From an uncultured delta proteobacterium (GTDB lineage Bacteria > Myxococcota_A > Polyangia > Palsa-1104), in contig CAWAWS010000003.1 in the NCBI GenBank assembly GCA_963785725.1, positions 1 through 64,000 of the forward strand: DNA of 64,000 nucleotides. The letters are read 5' to 3'. The notes below the pieces were generated by a model that saw only the letters and a list, made by a program, of their open reading frames with translations, was not told the origin of the DNA and did no database searches. Both the position numbers and the translations under genes were made by a program. This document shows, one piece after another, positions 1 through 16,500 of this stretch. Positions within the stretch are counted from its first letter, which is position 1. Each line of letters starts with the position of its first letter.

Positions 1-1150
1 CCGACGCTGGGCTCGGGTCGCGTCAGCGGCGATAGGCAGCAGTTCATGACGATGGGCGTGCGCGTGCGGCCGGTGTCGGGCTTGGCGCTGCAGGCGGCGG
101 TGGACGTCGGGCTGTCGAGCTTCGGCTTCCAGTACGGCTCGCCGCAGCCGGCGTGGAACCTCATCCTCGGCGCGGCGTTCGACTTCGATCTCATCCACAC
201 GGGTCGCGCCAAGGTCGTGACGACGACGATCACGCGCGAGACGGCGCAGACGCGCGTGGCCGAGGGCAAAGTGCGCGGCATCGTGCGCGACGCCGCCACC
301 AAGAAGCCGCTCGGCGCCGCCATCATTCGCTATGTCGACCGCCGCATCAACACGCAGGTCACATCCGACGACGGCAGCTCGTGAGCCCGCCGATTCCGCC
401 CGGTCCGATTAGGCTCGAAGCGTCGCGCGACGATTACGAAGCGGCCAAGACGCAGGTAATATTCCGAAGGAGGGCGAAGCGGCGGTCGAGATCGCGCTAA
501 CGCCCAAGCCGCCGCAGCTCGGCCAAGTGCACATGAAAGTCGCCGACGAGACGGGCGCGCCGCTGGCGGCCGGCGTGCGGCTGAACGGCAGCAGCAACGT
601 CATCGACGGCGAAGCGACCGCGGTCGGCAATATAATGGCGAAGGCGCCGGCGGGTGACTACGCGATGGACGTCGTGGCCGGCGGTTACCTGGCGAAGCAG
701 CGGCCGGTGACGGTCGTGTCGGGGCAGCCGCAGAAGATCGAAATCGTGCTACACAAGCAGCCGCTACAGTCGCACGTGTCGATCGCCAACAACGAGATCG
801 TCATCAAGGGCGTCATTCACTTCGGGACCAATACGGCGGAGATCAAGCCCGATGGTCAGCAGCTGCTCGACGAAGTGGCCGATGTGCTGGTGAAGAATCC
901 GGGCGTGCGTCATGTGCGCGTCGAAGGGCACACCGACAATCGCGGCGATGCCAACCACAACCTCGAGCTGTCGAAGTCGCGCGCGGCGGCGGTCGTGGCC
1001 TACTTGGTCAAAGAGGGCATCGCGCCGGCGCGCCTCGAGTCGGAAGGTTACGGCGCGTCGCAGCCGCTCGTGCCCAACTTGACGGCGGCCAATCGGGCCA
1101 AGAATCGCCGCGTGGCCTTCAAGATCCTCGACGGCGGCGCGCAGCCGTAG
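1..1150 (+). CDS. OmpA/MotB-family outer-membrane protein with carboxypeptidase-regulatory-like repeats; 5' end outside the window, split by indels near 380 and 480
   Basis: C-terminal ORF 527..1150 carries OmpA_C motifs (IHFGTNTAEI, VEGHTDNRG, NLELSKSRAAAV, NRAKNRRVAF); upstream frames give 'GKVRGIVRDAATKKPL' carboxypeptidase-regulatory-like segments. Confidence 0.8.
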
Positions 1151-1151
1151 C

Positions 1152-1858
1152 ATGAGCGCGCCGGAGCCGCGCGGGCTGGCGTTGTTGATCGTCGACGGCG
1201 ACGATCATCGCGCCCGCGCCACCCGCCGGATCCTGCTCGCGCACGGCGCCGAAGTCTTCGTCAGCGACAACGGCGCCGCAGGGCTGACCGCGGCACGACG
1301 CGGCGGCTTCGATCTCGTCTTGAGCGAATTCCAGCTCCCCGATCTCGACGGTCTGCGCTTTTTGTCGCGCGCTCAGGCGATCGAGCGACGTGCCGCTCGT
1401 CATCGTCGGCGTGCGCGCCGAGGAGGATCGCGTGCGCGCGCTCGACGCCGGCGCCGACGACTGCTTGGCGCGGCCCGTCGGCGCGCCCGAGCTGTGGGCG
1501 CGCGTGCAGGCGCGGGTGCGGCGTGCGCGTGGCTTGTGCGGACCGCGCACGCGCCTCTTGCGCGTCGGCGAGCTCACCGATCGATCTGCGCGCGATGCGG
1601 GCGACGGTGAGCGGACGCGACGTGCCGCTGACCGGCTACGAGCTGACGCTCTTGCACGCGTTGGCCGAGCGCGCGGGTCGCGTCATCAGCCGCGAGCAGC
1701 TGCTGGAGCTGGCGAAGGGCTCGGCCGACGACGCGTTCGACCGCTCCATCGACGGCCACATCTCGCGGCTGCGCACGAAGCTCGGCGACGACCCGAAGCG
1801 CCCGCGCCTCTTGAAGACGGTGCGCGGCGCCGGCTACCTGCTCAGCGACGACGTTTAA
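1152..1858 (+). CDS. OmpR/PhoB-family response regulator (REC + winged helix), frameshifted near 1385 and 1580; atypical receiver (VDGD, LSEFQLP where the phospho-Asp normally sits)
   Basis: Pieces in ORFs 1152.., 1390.. and 1523..1858: 'LLIVDGDD', 'ALDAGADDCLARP', 'DRSIDGHISRLRTKLGDDPKRPRLLKTVRGAGY'. Confidence 0.8.
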
Positions 1859-1894
1859 TAGAAGCAGTGACCGGCGATGGTGGTGGCGGCGCGA

Positions 1895-5818
<3,924 letters not shown>

Positions 5819-5831
5819 CTTCGATGTCCCT

Positions 5832-7915
5832 TCAACCGACCAGGCGCCGAATGGTGTCGAGGAGCCGACCCTGGTCGAACTCGCCCTTGACGATGTAGTC
5901 GCGCGCGCCGGCCTCGACGCCGCGACGGCGATCTTCGGCCGAGCCGCGCGAGGTCACGAGGATCGCCGGCACCTCTTGCAGCTGCGGATCGCGGCGGGTG
6001 CGCTCGACGAACTGCAAGCCGTTCATGCCCGGCATCTCGACGTCGACGACGAAGAGCGAGAACGGCCGCGCGTGCGCCATCTCCAGCCCCTCTTCGGCCG
6101 AGGTCGCGAGCTCGACGTCGTAGCCCGCCGACTCGAGGATGCACTGCTCGAGCATGCGCGTCGTCAGCGAGTCGTCGATGACGAGCACCGGCGCGCGCGC
6201 GACCGCAGCCGGCGCGGCGAGGGCGCGACCGCGGCCGGCGTGCGCGGCCGCGACGAGGGCCGCCGGGTCGAGCACGAGCTGCGGATGGCCGTCGGCGTCG
6301 AGCGCGGCGCCGGCCACGAGCGCGCTGGCACCGGCCAGGCGCGGCAGCGGCCGCACGACGAGCTCGGCCGTGCCGAGCAGCCGATCGACGCGAACGCCGC
6401 CCGCGCGTCGCCGCCGCGCACGACGACGGCCGGGCAGGCGGCGGCCGCCGTTGCGAGCGCCGCGCCGGGCACGAGCGCCGCCAGCCGCACGAACGGCAGC
6501 GGACGACCTTGCACCACGAGCGAATCGTGCGTCGGCGCGCCGGCGATGTCGGCGGCGGTCACGCGCAGCGCCTCCTGCACGGCGTCGAGCGGCAGCGCCA
6601 CGCGGACGCCGCCGGCTTCGACGACCAGCGCCGGCAGCGACGACAAGCTGATGGGCACGCACACTTCGATCGTCGTGCCGCGGCCGGGCTTGGTGTCGAT
6701 GGTGACGTCGCCCTTGAGCTGCACGGCGGCGGCGCGCACGACGTCGAGGCCGACGCCGCGGCCGGCGATCTCGGTCAGCTCGGGCGCCGTCGTCACGCCC
6801 GCATGCAAGACCAGCCGGACGAGCTCGGCCGGCGCCATCGCCGCCGCCTCCGCTTCGCCGACGATCCCGCGCGCCAGCGCCGAGCGGCGCACGGCGGCGA
6901 CGTCGATGCCCCGGCCGTCGTCGCGACAGCTGAAGGCGATGCGATTCTGCCGCCGCTCGACCTCCAGCCGCACCTGGCCGATCGGCGGCTTGCCGGCCGC
7001 GCGTCGCTCGTCGGCGCTCTCGAGCCCGTGCGCGACCGCGTTGCGCACGACGTGCAAGAGCGCTTCCCGCAGCGGCGCCAGCACGTTGGCGTCGACGCGC
7101 TGATCGCCGCCCGACGTCGCGAACGCCACGTCTTTGTGCTGCGCGTGGCCGACGTCGCGCGCGGCCCGCTCCAGCGTCGCGAACATCGCGCTCACCGGCA
7201 TGAGGCGCAGCCGATGCGCCTGCTCGCCGACGTCGCCGAGCTCGCGCCCGGTCTGCAAAAGGCCGTCGCCGAGCGCGCGCTCGACCGTGCCGAGCAGCGT
7301 TTGCAGCTCGAGCGCCAGCCGCCGCGTCGACTGCGCGTCGCGCTCGGCGTCTCGATCGCTGCGCGCCAGCTGCGCCGCCAGCGTGCGCGCGTGGCGCAGC
7401 TCGTCGATGGGCGCGCGCATCGCCGTCAGCCGCACCGAGACCTCGGTCAGCCCTTCGACGAGCGCGTCCATCTCGCCCACGTCGACGCGCACGTTGTCGA
7501 GCGCCTCGGCCGCGCGCGCCGTCGGCAGGCTCGGCGCCGCTTCCGGGCGCGGCCGGCCCTTCGGCGCCTGGGCGAGCGGCACGACCTCGCGCAGCGGCAC
7601 GACCGGCGCGTCGAGCGCCGCCACGCCGGCGGCGATGGCGTCGACGAGCTGCAACAGCCGCGGCACATCGGCCGATCCGCCGCCGGCGGCATCGCGATGC
7701 GGCGCGAGCAGATCCTCGATCGCGTGCGCCGCTCGGCGATCTCGGCTGCTTGACGACCCGCGCCGCGCCTTTGAGCGTGTGCGCGAGGCGCAGCAGCCGC
7801 GCGACCAGTCTCCGGCGTCGGCGCCCCGCTCTCGAGCTCGAGGACGCCCACGACCGAGCCCGTCGAGGAGCTCGCGCGCCTCGACGCGGAAGTATCGATA
7901 GGGATCCGTCGCCAC
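5832..7915 (-). CDS. cheA: Hybrid CheA (Hpt-HATPase-CheW-REC), WspE-like, frameshifted
   Basis: '[15 protein letters not shown]' (Hpt), '[14 protein letters not shown]', 'DDGRGID', '[10 protein letters not shown]', C-terminal REC '[15 protein letters not shown]'. Confidence 0.9.
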
Positions 7916-7918
7916 GTC

Positions 7919-9393
7919 TTAGGCGCTGCGCCTGCGGTTGGATGAGCCGCAGCAGCTCGCGCGACAGGCTCGTCAGCTGCGACGCGGTCTGCAGCGTCTG
8001 GCTGGAGCTCGCCTCGGTCTCCCGCGCCGCCTGCGACGACGTTGCGATGGCGACGTTCACCTGCTCGACCGCGGTCGCCTGCTGCTTGGTGCTCAGCTCG
8101 ATCTCCTCGCGCCGCCTCGGTGGTCGTCGCCACCAGGCCGGCGATCTGCTTGAACGAGCTGGCCACGTCGCCGAACTGCCGCGCGCCGGCGTCGACCGCC
8201 TTGGAGCCGCTCTCGGTCGCCATCACCGTGGTGTTCACCGCCGCGCGGATGTCGTCGATCAGCCCGCGGATCTCCTTGGTCGAGCCGCCGACGCGGTCGG
8301 CCAGCTTGCGGATCTCGTCGGCCACGACGGCGAAGCGCTTGCCCGTCTCGCCCGCGCCCGCCGCCTCGATGGTGGCGTTGATGGCGAGGATGTTGGTCTG
8401 CTCGGCCAGCTCGTTGATGATCTCGAGGATGCCGCCGATCTGCTGCGACTTCTTCCCCAGCTCCAGCATGTGCGCGACGATCGACGTCGACCTGGCGCTT
8501 GATGCCGGCGACCGACTCGCTGCGTCGCTGCGACGGTCTGGTCGCCGGTCGCGCGCCGCCGCCGCCGTCTCGCTCGGCGATCTGCGCGACGCGCTGCGCG
8601 CTCTCGGCGATCTGCCGCGAGGTCGCCAGCAGCTCGCTGATGGTGGTGGTGATCTCGTTCATCGCGGTGGCCTGCTCCTTGGCGCCCGTCGCCTGCTGGT
8701 TGGCCGCCGCCTGCAGCTCCGCCGACGAGCTCTGCACGTGCTGCACCGCCGCGCCGATCTGCGCCGTCAGCGAGCGCGTGATGGCGAACGCCGACGAGCG
8801 ATCACGAGCACGAGCGCCGAGCAGCGTGCCGACGAGGATCGTCGCGCTCGCGCCGCCGACGCCGCCTCTCGACGTCCGCCGGCGCTGCCCGAGCAGCTCG
8901 CGCTCCTCGTGCGTCCATCTCCGCCAGCAGCGCCGCGCACTCGTCCATGTAGCCGCTTGCCTTCCCCTCCGCGACCACCTTCAGCGTCGCCTCGAAGCCG
9001 GCGGTCCGGCGCAGCTCGATGGTCCGCTTGAGCTCGGCGAGCTTGCGCGGCGATGAGCGGCTCGACCTCGTCGAGGCGCTTCTGCTGGCGCGGGTTGTCG
9101 GCCGTCAGCTCGCGCAGCTCGCGCTGCGTCTTGGCCACCGCGTCGCTCCCGCGTGCGATAGGGCTCGAGGAAGGCGTCGTCGCCGGTGATGACGAAGCCG
9201 CGCTGCCCGGTCTCGGCGTCGCGCAGGAGCGAGAGCGTGGCCGCGATGTGCTCGCGCACGACGTGGGTGTGCGTCACCAGGTAGCTCGTCGACGTCAGCC
9301 GATCGACGCTGCGATAGGCGACCGTGCCGATGGCGGCCAGCATGACGAGCGCGAGCGCGAAGCCCACTGCTACTTTCGTCCGAAAGTCCACAT
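7919..9393 (-). CDS. Methyl-accepting chemotaxis protein with a periplasmic CHASE3-like sensor, frameshifted several times
   Basis: N-terminal TM, then '[10 protein letters not shown]...[23 protein letters not shown]' (CHASE3); signalling tip '[40 protein letters not shown]'. Confidence 0.88.
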
Positions 9394-9394
9394 C

Positions 9395-9966
9395 TCACGC
9401 TCCTCGGCGCGCTGCGAATGGCCCCACCAGCGCCGCCACGTCGATGACCGCGATCGTCCGTTCACCGGTCGCTTCTCGAGTCTCTTCTTTGATACGGCCA
9501 AAGCCTGAACGTACTGTCGCGGCGCGTTGCCCGCGTGCACTTCGGTGGTCGCCAGCTCCACATATCCGTCGAGATGCGCGAAGCCGAAGGCGACGGGCTC
9601 GCTCGCGCCGCAGCCGACGAACCAGCGGGGCGGCTCAGTCTCTGTTCCATAGCCGAGCAGCGCCGACAGACTATAGACGGGCACGAGGTTGCCGCGCACG
9701 CCGGCCAGGCCGAGCACCTCGGGGATGGCGCTGGCGATGGGCACGACCTTGCGCGCCGCGCTCAAGCCGCCGATGTCGGTCAGGCGAAAGGCGTAGCCGT
9801 CGGCGCCGAGGTGCAGCCGGAGGAGCCGCTCGACGTCGGCCACGCGACCGCGCGCCGGCAGCGCGAACGACGCGTCGAAGGCGCGCCGCAGCTCGCGCGC
9901 GGTGGCGTTCTCGTGGCGCTCGCTGCCTCCATCGCGCGCGGAGCTCCCGTCGCGCTCCGCGCTCAT
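9395..9966 (-). CDS. cheW: CheW-like coupling protein (WspD-like), frameshift near the 3' end
   Basis: 'ELRRAFDASFA...LGLAGVRGNLVPVYSL'; ATG at 9966 overlaps the cheR stop. Confidence 0.8.
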
Positions 9967-11501
9967 GACCGCGGCTCCGTGCCGCGCAGCTCGGCGCGAC
10001 AGAGCGCCATCAGCGCCTCGCGGCTGAAGCCGCCGCCGAAGAGCAGAATGCGCGACGGCTCCTCGCGCGCCAAGAGGTCGAGCGCGCGGCCGAGCTCGTC
10101 GTGGGCGCGGGTGCGCTCGCCGGCGCGCCGCGCCAAGAGGCCGAGATGCAGGCGCGGCATGGCGAAGCGCGGATCGAGATAGACGGCCATGAGATCGTGC
10201 TCGCGCGCCTGCTCGAAGTCGCCCAGCTGCTCGCACAAGAGCGCCATCAAGTAGCGCGCGCCCGCGTTCAGCTCGTCGGCGGCGAGGAGGCGTCGGCCGG
10301 CCTCTTGCGCGGCCGCCCAGTCGCCGTTGTGGGTGAGCAGCACCGCGTGCAAGAGCTGCGCGTCGGCGTCGGCGCGATCGGGCTCGGGCAGGGCGCGAAA
10401 GAGATCGAGCGCCTCGGCGAAACGCTCGTGCTGCAGCAGCTCCATCGCGGCTGCCAGCGCCGTCGGCCGCGCCGCCGGCGGCGTCGTCGGCGCGACGAAG
10501 GGCGGCCGAGCGAGCGGCGTCTGCAGCGGCCACGCCGGCGCGGTCGTCGACGGCAGCCGCGCTCCGGCCCGCGTCAAGGTCGCGATGCGCGCGTGCGCCG
10601 TGGCGATGGCGTCGACCCAGGAGGCGCCGGGTGCGGCCGTTCCTGCCGGCAGCGCCGTCTCCAGTCCGCGCCGCCGCTCGTGGCTCGAGAAGCTCTGGTA
10701 ATAGAACGTCGCGTGCGTGTGGCGCAGGTGGAAGTCGTGCGACAGATCGCGCAGCGTCTCGGCGTGCCCCAAGAACAGGTAGCCGCCCGGCGTCAGCGCG
10801 CGCTCGATGCGACCGACGACGGCGCGCGCCTGCCGCGGCGAAAGATACATGAGCACGTTGCGACAAAACACGACGTCGAAGGCGTCGGCGCGCCAAAAGT
10901 CGGGCGCCTCGTCGACGAGGTTGCGCACCTCGAAGCGCACGAGCGCGCGAATGTCGGCGGCCAGCTCTTGGTCGCGTCCGTGGCCGCGAAAGTAGCGCTC
11001 GCGCATCGGGTCGGGCGTCTCGCGCAGCGACCAGTCGGAGTAACGCCCGCGCCGCGCCTTGGCGATCGCCGCCGGGTTCAGGTCGATGCCGACGATCTGC
11101 ACCGGCTCCGGCAGCTGCTCGCGCACGAGAATCGCCAGCGAATAGGCCTCCTCGCCCGACGCGCAGCCCGCCGACAGAATGCGCAGCGGCCGGCGACCGG
11201 CGAGCGCGCGCAACCGCTCGGGAAGACCGTGCTCGGTGCAGGCGCGCAGCTGATCGTGATTGCGGAAGAAGTAGGTCTCGCCGACGGTGAGCTGCTCGGC
11301 CAGCGGGCCCAGCTCGTCGTGGCTGCCGCCTTCGAGCGCCTGCAGATAGCGGCCGCTGTCGTCACCGCCGGTCGCGTCGAGCCGCTGCCGTAGGATTTGC
11401 GCCAGCAGATCGAGCTTGCCGTCGTCGAACTGCAGCCCCAGCCGCTGTCCGATCGCCGCGCGAAAACGCTCGACGTCGGCGGGCGCCAGCGACGGCTTCA
11501 C
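9963..11501 (-). CDS. cheR: CheR methyltransferase with C-terminal TPR (WspC-like)
   Basis: 'LTVGETYFFRN', 'ILSAGCASGEEAYS', 'DVVFCRNVLMY', 'GHAETL'; TPR 'AVYLDPRFAMPRLHLG'; GTG start at 11501 overlaps the upstream cheW stop. Confidence 0.9.
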   Translation of the reverse strand: MKPSLAPADVERFRAAIGQRLGLQFDDGKLDLLAQILRQRLDATGGDDSGRYLQALEGGSHDELGPLAEQLTVGETYFFRNHDQLRACTEHGLPERLRALAGRRPLRILSAGCASGEEAYSLAILVREQLPEPVQIVGIDLNPAAIAKARRGRYSDWSLRETPDPMRERYFRGHGRDQELAADIRALVRFEVRNLVDEAPDFWRADAFDVVFCRNVLMYLSPRQARAVVGRIERALTPGGYLFLGHAETLRDLSHDFHLRHTHATFYYQSFSSHERRRGLETALPAGTAAPGASWVDAIATAHARIATLTRAGARLPSTTAPAWPLQTPLARPPFVAPTTPPAARPTALAAAMELLQHERFAEALDLFRALPEPDRADADAQLLHAVLLTHNGDWAAAQEAGRRLLAADELNAGARYLMALLCEQLGDFEQAREHDLMAVYLDPRFAMPRLHLGLLARRAGERTRAHDELGRALDLLAREEPSRILLFGGGFSREALMALCRAELRGTEPRS

Positions 11502-12127
11502 TGCGCGGCCAACCCGAGCTTCAGCCAGGTCTCTTCGGTCAAGAGATGCGACGCGCGCAAGACCACCAGCAGCTGCGCATCGAGCGCGCCGACGGCCGCC
11601 AGCAGCTCCGACTGCGTCGACGAAGCCAGCAGCGGCGTCGCCTGCAGCGCGTGCGGGTCCAAGTGCACGACGCCGAGCACGCCGTCGACGGCCAGCGCCA
11701 CGCAGCGTTCGGGCAGCGCGTCGTCGGCGCTCGCCTCGGCATGCGCGGGCGCCGGCTCGACCGCGCGCACGCCGACCGCGCGACCGGGCCACGGCCCGCC
11801 CAGCCGCGCGCTGCGCGTCGCCAGCGACGGGCGACCGTCCGACCGCTCGTCGACGCGCACGAGCACGAGCCGTGTCACCGCCACCGCCGGCTCGCCGAGC
11901 ACCGCGCCCAAGTCGACGACCGGCACGGCGACGCCGCGAATGATCGCCAGGCCGCGCACGAACGACGGCGCATCCCCGAGCGGGCTCACCGGCAAAAGAC
12001 GCATGGTCTCGACCGCATGCGCCAGCGGCACGGCGCACAGGCGGGCACCGACGCGCGTCAACAGCGCCCAACCCGCGTCCGCTTCGGGCTGTTCGCGCGA
12101 CGCCTCTATTGTCCGCTCGGAATCCAT
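11498..12127 (-). CDS. cheW: CheW-like coupling protein (WspB-like) with an internal insertion
   Basis: 'VETMRLLPVSPLGDAPSFVRGLAIIRGVAVPVVDLG...ALAVDGVLGV'. Confidence 0.85.
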   Translation of the reverse strand: MDSERTIEASREQPEADAGWALLTRVGARLCAVPLAHAVETMRLLPVSPLGDAPSFVRGLAIIRGVAVPVVDLGAVLGEPAVAVTRLVLVRVDERSDGRPSLATRSARLGGPWPGRAVGVRAVEPAPAHAEASADDALPERCVALAVDGVLGVVHLDPHALQATPLLASSTQSELLAAVGALDAQLLVVLRASHLLTEETWLKLGLAAQ

Positions 12128-12212
12128 GAAGGGCGGCCTCCCAGGAGCTGCGATTTCATCGCGTCAATACGATGGCCTGCCCAATGATACCCGCGCTCTT
12201 TCGGCCGCGCGC

Positions 12213-12263
12213 TGCGACAAAATGCCGCAGGTGGCGAGCGTCGCCGTCGGACAAATTGCCGCG
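12213..12263. promoter_or_regulatory. Two imperfect palindromes TGCGRCA-N3-TGYCGCA in the divergent che/czc intergenic region
   Basis: TGCGACAAAATGCCGCA at 12213-12229 and TCGGACAAATTGCCGCG at 12247-12263; the reverse complement of the first contains GCGGC-N5-GTCGC. Confidence 0.5.
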
Positions 12264-12462
12264 AGCGGTGCGCGGACCCCTCCGTCATCGATACGCGCGG
12301 CGCGCTAAATCGGATTCATTTCGCGCGAAAACGAATGCCGTTTTGTCGATATCGCGCGGCAGACGCGTCGGCGCGGCGCCGAAACCTGCTCGACATGCCA
12401 CGATCTCGACGGCGGAATGTCACTTGGCGGCGTCGGTGGATACGTTATAACCGGACCCTTCG

Positions 12463-13566
12463 ATGAAACCGGGTCTCACCATCGCGTTCTCGTTTTGGCT
12501 GGCGGCGGCCGGCTGTTCGCACGATTCCGGAGCCGAGCCGGCGGCCGACAAGCCCGAGGTCGACCGTCAAGGTGACCGGCTGGTCATTCCCGACGGCTCG
12601 CCGCTGCGCGATCGGCTGAAGGTCGATGTCGTCAAATCGCAGTCGATTCAGCGCCACTTGACGGCGCCGGCGGTGGTCGAGGCCGAGCCGTCGAAGCTGG
12701 CCAAGATCACGCCGCCCGTCGCCGGGAAAGTGGCGCGGCTGTTCGTCAAGTTCGGCGACGCGGTGACCAAAGGGCAGCCGCTGCTGTCGATGGACGCGCC
12801 CGATCTCGTGCAAGCGCAGTCGGACTTCCTGCGCGCCAAGAGCGCGATCGCGCAGGCCGAGCGCACGCTGGCGCGGCAGCAGGACTTGGCGGCGCACGGC
12901 ATCGGCGCCAAGCGCGAGGTCGAGCAGGCGCAGACCGATCGCGACGTGGCCTTGGCTGAAGTGGAGCGGTCGGAGATGCGGCTGAAGCAGCTGAAAGTGG
13001 ACACCGGCCACATCGGCGAGCCGCTGACGGTGCGCTCGCCCATCGCCGGCCGCGTCATCGACTTGGCCGTGACGCCGGGCGAGTTCAAGAACGATCCCAA
13101 CGCCGTCCTCATGACCGTGGCCGACCTCGATACGATTTGGGTCACCGCCAACGTGCAGGAAAAAGACATTCGCCGCGTGCACAAAGGCGACAGCGCCGAC
13201 GCGCAGTTCGCCGCCTATCCGGGCGAGGCCTTCACCGGCAAAGTGCTCATCGTCGCCGATCTGCTCGATCCCGATACGCACGCCATCAAAGTGCGCGTCG
13301 CCTTCGATAATCCCGAGCATCGGCTGAAGCCGGGCATGTTCGCGACCGTGACCTTCGCGTCGAACGCCGCGTCGGAAGTGGTCGTGCCGTCGACGGCGCT
13401 GGTGCTCATCGGCGACAAGAGCTACGTGTTCGTCGAGCGCGCGCCGTGGACGTTCGAGCGCGCCGCCGTCGAGACCGCGGAGAGCCAAGGCGGCGTCACC
13501 ATCGTCAAAGACGGCGTCACCGCCGGCACGCGCATCGTCGTCAAAGACGCCGTTCTGCTCCAATGA
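12463..13566 (+). CDS. RND efflux periplasmic adaptor (CzcB/CusB-like lipoprotein)
   Basis: Lipobox 'LAAAGC'; 'ITPPVAGKVARLFVKFGDAVTKGQPL'; 'VRSPIAGRVI'; 'LKPGMFA'. Confidence 0.9.
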   Translation: MKPGLTIAFSFWLAAAGCSHDSGAEPAADKPEVDRQGDRLVIPDGSPLRDRLKVDVVKSQSIQRHLTAPAVVEAEPSKLAKITPPVAGKVARLFVKFGDAVTKGQPLLSMDAPDLVQAQSDFLRAKSAIAQAERTLARQQDLAAHGIGAKREVEQAQTDRDVALAEVERSEMRLKQLKVDTGHIGEPLTVRSPIAGRVIDLAVTPGEFKNDPNAVLMTVADLDTIWVTANVQEKDIRRVHKGDSADAQFAAYPGEAFTGKVLIVADLLDPDTHAIKVRVAFDNPEHRLKPGMFATVTFASNAASEVVVPSTALVLIGDKSYVFVERAPWTFERAAVETAESQGGVTIVKDGVTAGTRIVVKDAVLLQ

Positions 13567-16500
13567 TCGCGAAATTCGTCGCCACCTGTCTGCATCGGCG
13601 CTGGCTCGTCCTCGCGATCTTCGGGCTCATCGCCGTCTTCGGCTATTACTCGTGGACCGAGCTGTCGCTCGAGGCCTATCCCGACATCGCGGATACGACG
13701 GCGCAGGTCGTCACGCAGTTTCCCGGTCACGCCGCCGAAGAGATCGAGGAGCAGGTGACGATCCCGCTCGAGCGCGAGCTCAACGGCCTGCCCGGCTTGC
13801 ACGTCATGCGCTCGAAGTCGACGTTCGGCCTGTCGCTCATCACGCTCGTCTTTCGCGACGGCATCGAGGATTACTGGGCGCGCCAGCGCATCCAAGAGCG
13901 CATCGGCAACGTCGATCTGCCGCCGGGCGCGTCGCCGGGGCTCGACCCGCTGACGTCGCCCATCGGCGAGATCTATCGCTACACGCTCGAGTCGCAACTC
14001 GCGCAACGAGCGCGAGCTGAAGGAGCTGCAGGAGTGGGTGGTCATCCCGACGCTGAAGCAGGTGTTCGGCGTGGCCGACGTGACCAACTTCGGCGGCGAG
14101 ACGACGCAATATCCAGCTGCTGCTCGATCCGGCGCGGCTCGTCCAGTTCAAGCTCACGCTTGCACAACGTCATCGACGCCATTCAGACCAACAACGCCAA
14201 CGCCGGCGGCTAGCGTCATGGTGCGCGGCGAACAGGGCTACGTCGTGCGCGGCATCGGCCTCATCCGCACGCTCGACGATCTCGGCAACATCGTCGTCAA
14301 AGTGGACGAAAAGACCGGCACGCCCATCTTCGTCAAGAACTTGGGCACGCTGCAGTTCGGCGCGCTCGAGCGCAAAGGCGTGCTCGGCAAAGACGGCAAT
14401 CCCGACGGCGTCTCGGGCATCGTGCTCTTGCTGCGCGGGCAGAACCCATCGGTCGTGCTCGACGGCGTGCACGAGAAGATCGACGAGCTCAACCACGGCT
14501 TACTGCCGCCTGACGTTAACGTCGTGCCCTATCTCGATCGCACCGAGCTCGTGCACACGACGCTGCACACGGTCTCGCACACGCTGCTCGAGGGCATGGG
14601 CCTCGTCATCATCGTGCTCATCCTATTTTTGGGCAGCGTGGCGCGGCCATGATCGTCGCCATCACGATTCCGATGGCGCTGCTCATCGCGTTCATCTTGA
14701 TGCACTTGACCGACATTCCGGCGAACCTGCTGTCGCTCGGCGCCATCGACTTCGGCATCATCGTCGACGGCGCCATCGTCATGCTCGAGAACATCCTGCG
14801 CATGCGCGAGGAGAAGCCGACCGAGCCGCTCAACGAGCTCGACGCACGCGAAGCGGCGACGCAGGTGGCGCGGCCGATGTTCTTCGCCATCGCCATCATC
14901 ATCACCGCCTATATCCCGCTGTTCGCCTTCCAGCGCGTCGAGAAGAAGCTGTTTTCGCCGATGGCTTACACCGTCGGCTACGCGCTGTTCGGCGCGATGC
15001 TGGCGGCGTTCGCGCTCATTCCCGGCTTGGCGCTGTCGGCCTATCGGCAAGCCGAAGCCGGTGTGGCACAACCCGGTGCTCAGTGCGCTCACGCACGGCT
15101 ACGAGCGGCTGATCCGCAAGCTGTTGGCGCGGCCGATCGTCGCCATCGTGCCCGGCGCGATCGCGGCGCTGCTCGCCGGCGTCCTCTTCGTCGTCATCGG
15201 CAAGGAGTTTCTGCCCGAGCTCGACGAAGGCTCGATTTGGCTGCAGGTGCAGCTGCCGCCCGGCGTCTCGCTGCAAAAGGCGAGCGACATGGCCTCGGAG
15301 CTGCGTGCGGCGATGCTCGAATACAAGCGCGAGGTGTCGCACGTCGTTACGCAGCTCGGCCGCAACGACGACGGCACCGATCCGTGGACGCCGTCGCACA
15401 TCGAGTGCTCGATCGGCCTGCATCCGTACGCGACCTGGCCCAACGGCGAGACCAAGCACGATCTCATCCGCAAGCTGGGCGAGCGGTTCGAGCCGCATTC
15501 CCGGCATCGCCGTCGGCTTCTCGCAGCCGATGATCGACGGCGTCAACGACAAGATCGCCGGCGCGCACTCCGAGCTGGTGCGTCAAAGTCTACGGCAAGA
15601 ACTTGGACGAAATGCGCCGCATCGCCGGCGACATCGTCGACGCGCTGAACAAGGCCAAAGGCGCCGTCGACGTCGCCATCGATCAGGAGCCGCCGCTGCC
15701 GCAGGTGCAGATCAGCGTCGACCGTCAGGCGGCGGCGCGCTTCGGCATCAACGTCGGCGACATCGGCGAGCTCATCGAGGCCGGCATCGGCGGCAAAGGC
15801 GTCGGCGCAGCTGTTCGTCGGCGAGCGCCGCTACGACATCGCCGTTCGCTTCATCGAGACGCGCGCGCAACAGCCCCGAGGCCATCAGCAACTCTGACGT
15901 TGACGCACGGCGGGCGGCGCGCGCATCCCGCTGTCGCAAGTGGCCGACGTCGAGCTGCGCTACGGGCGAGAGCACGATCACGCGCGAGATGAACAGGCGC
16001 CACTTGACCGTGAAGCTCAACCTGCGCGGCCGCGATCTGTCGTCGTTCTTGGCCGAGGCGCATCAAAACATCGCCAAGCTGGTCAAGTTCGATCCGACGC
16101 TGTATCGAGATCGAATGGGGTGGTCAGTTCGAGAACCAACAGCGCGCGCAGACGACGGCTGGCGATGATCGCGCCGATCGTGCTCGCGCTGATCTTCCTC
16201 TTGCTCTACAGCGCGTTCGGGACGCTGCGCCATCCGGTCGTCATCCTCGTCAACTTGCCGCTGGCGATGTTGGGCGGGCTCATCCTGCTGGCCGCGCGCG
16301 GCATGACCTTCAACGTGTCGAGCGCCGTCGGCTTCATCGCGCTCTTCGGCGTCGCCGTGCAGAACGGCGTCATCATGGTCGCCAACTTGAACCATCGCCG
16401 CTCGGAAAAGACGCCGCTCATCGAGAGCGTCGCGCTCGGCGCGGTCGAGCGTTTGCGGCCGGTGTTGATGACGGCGACGGTGGCCATGCTCGGCCTCATT

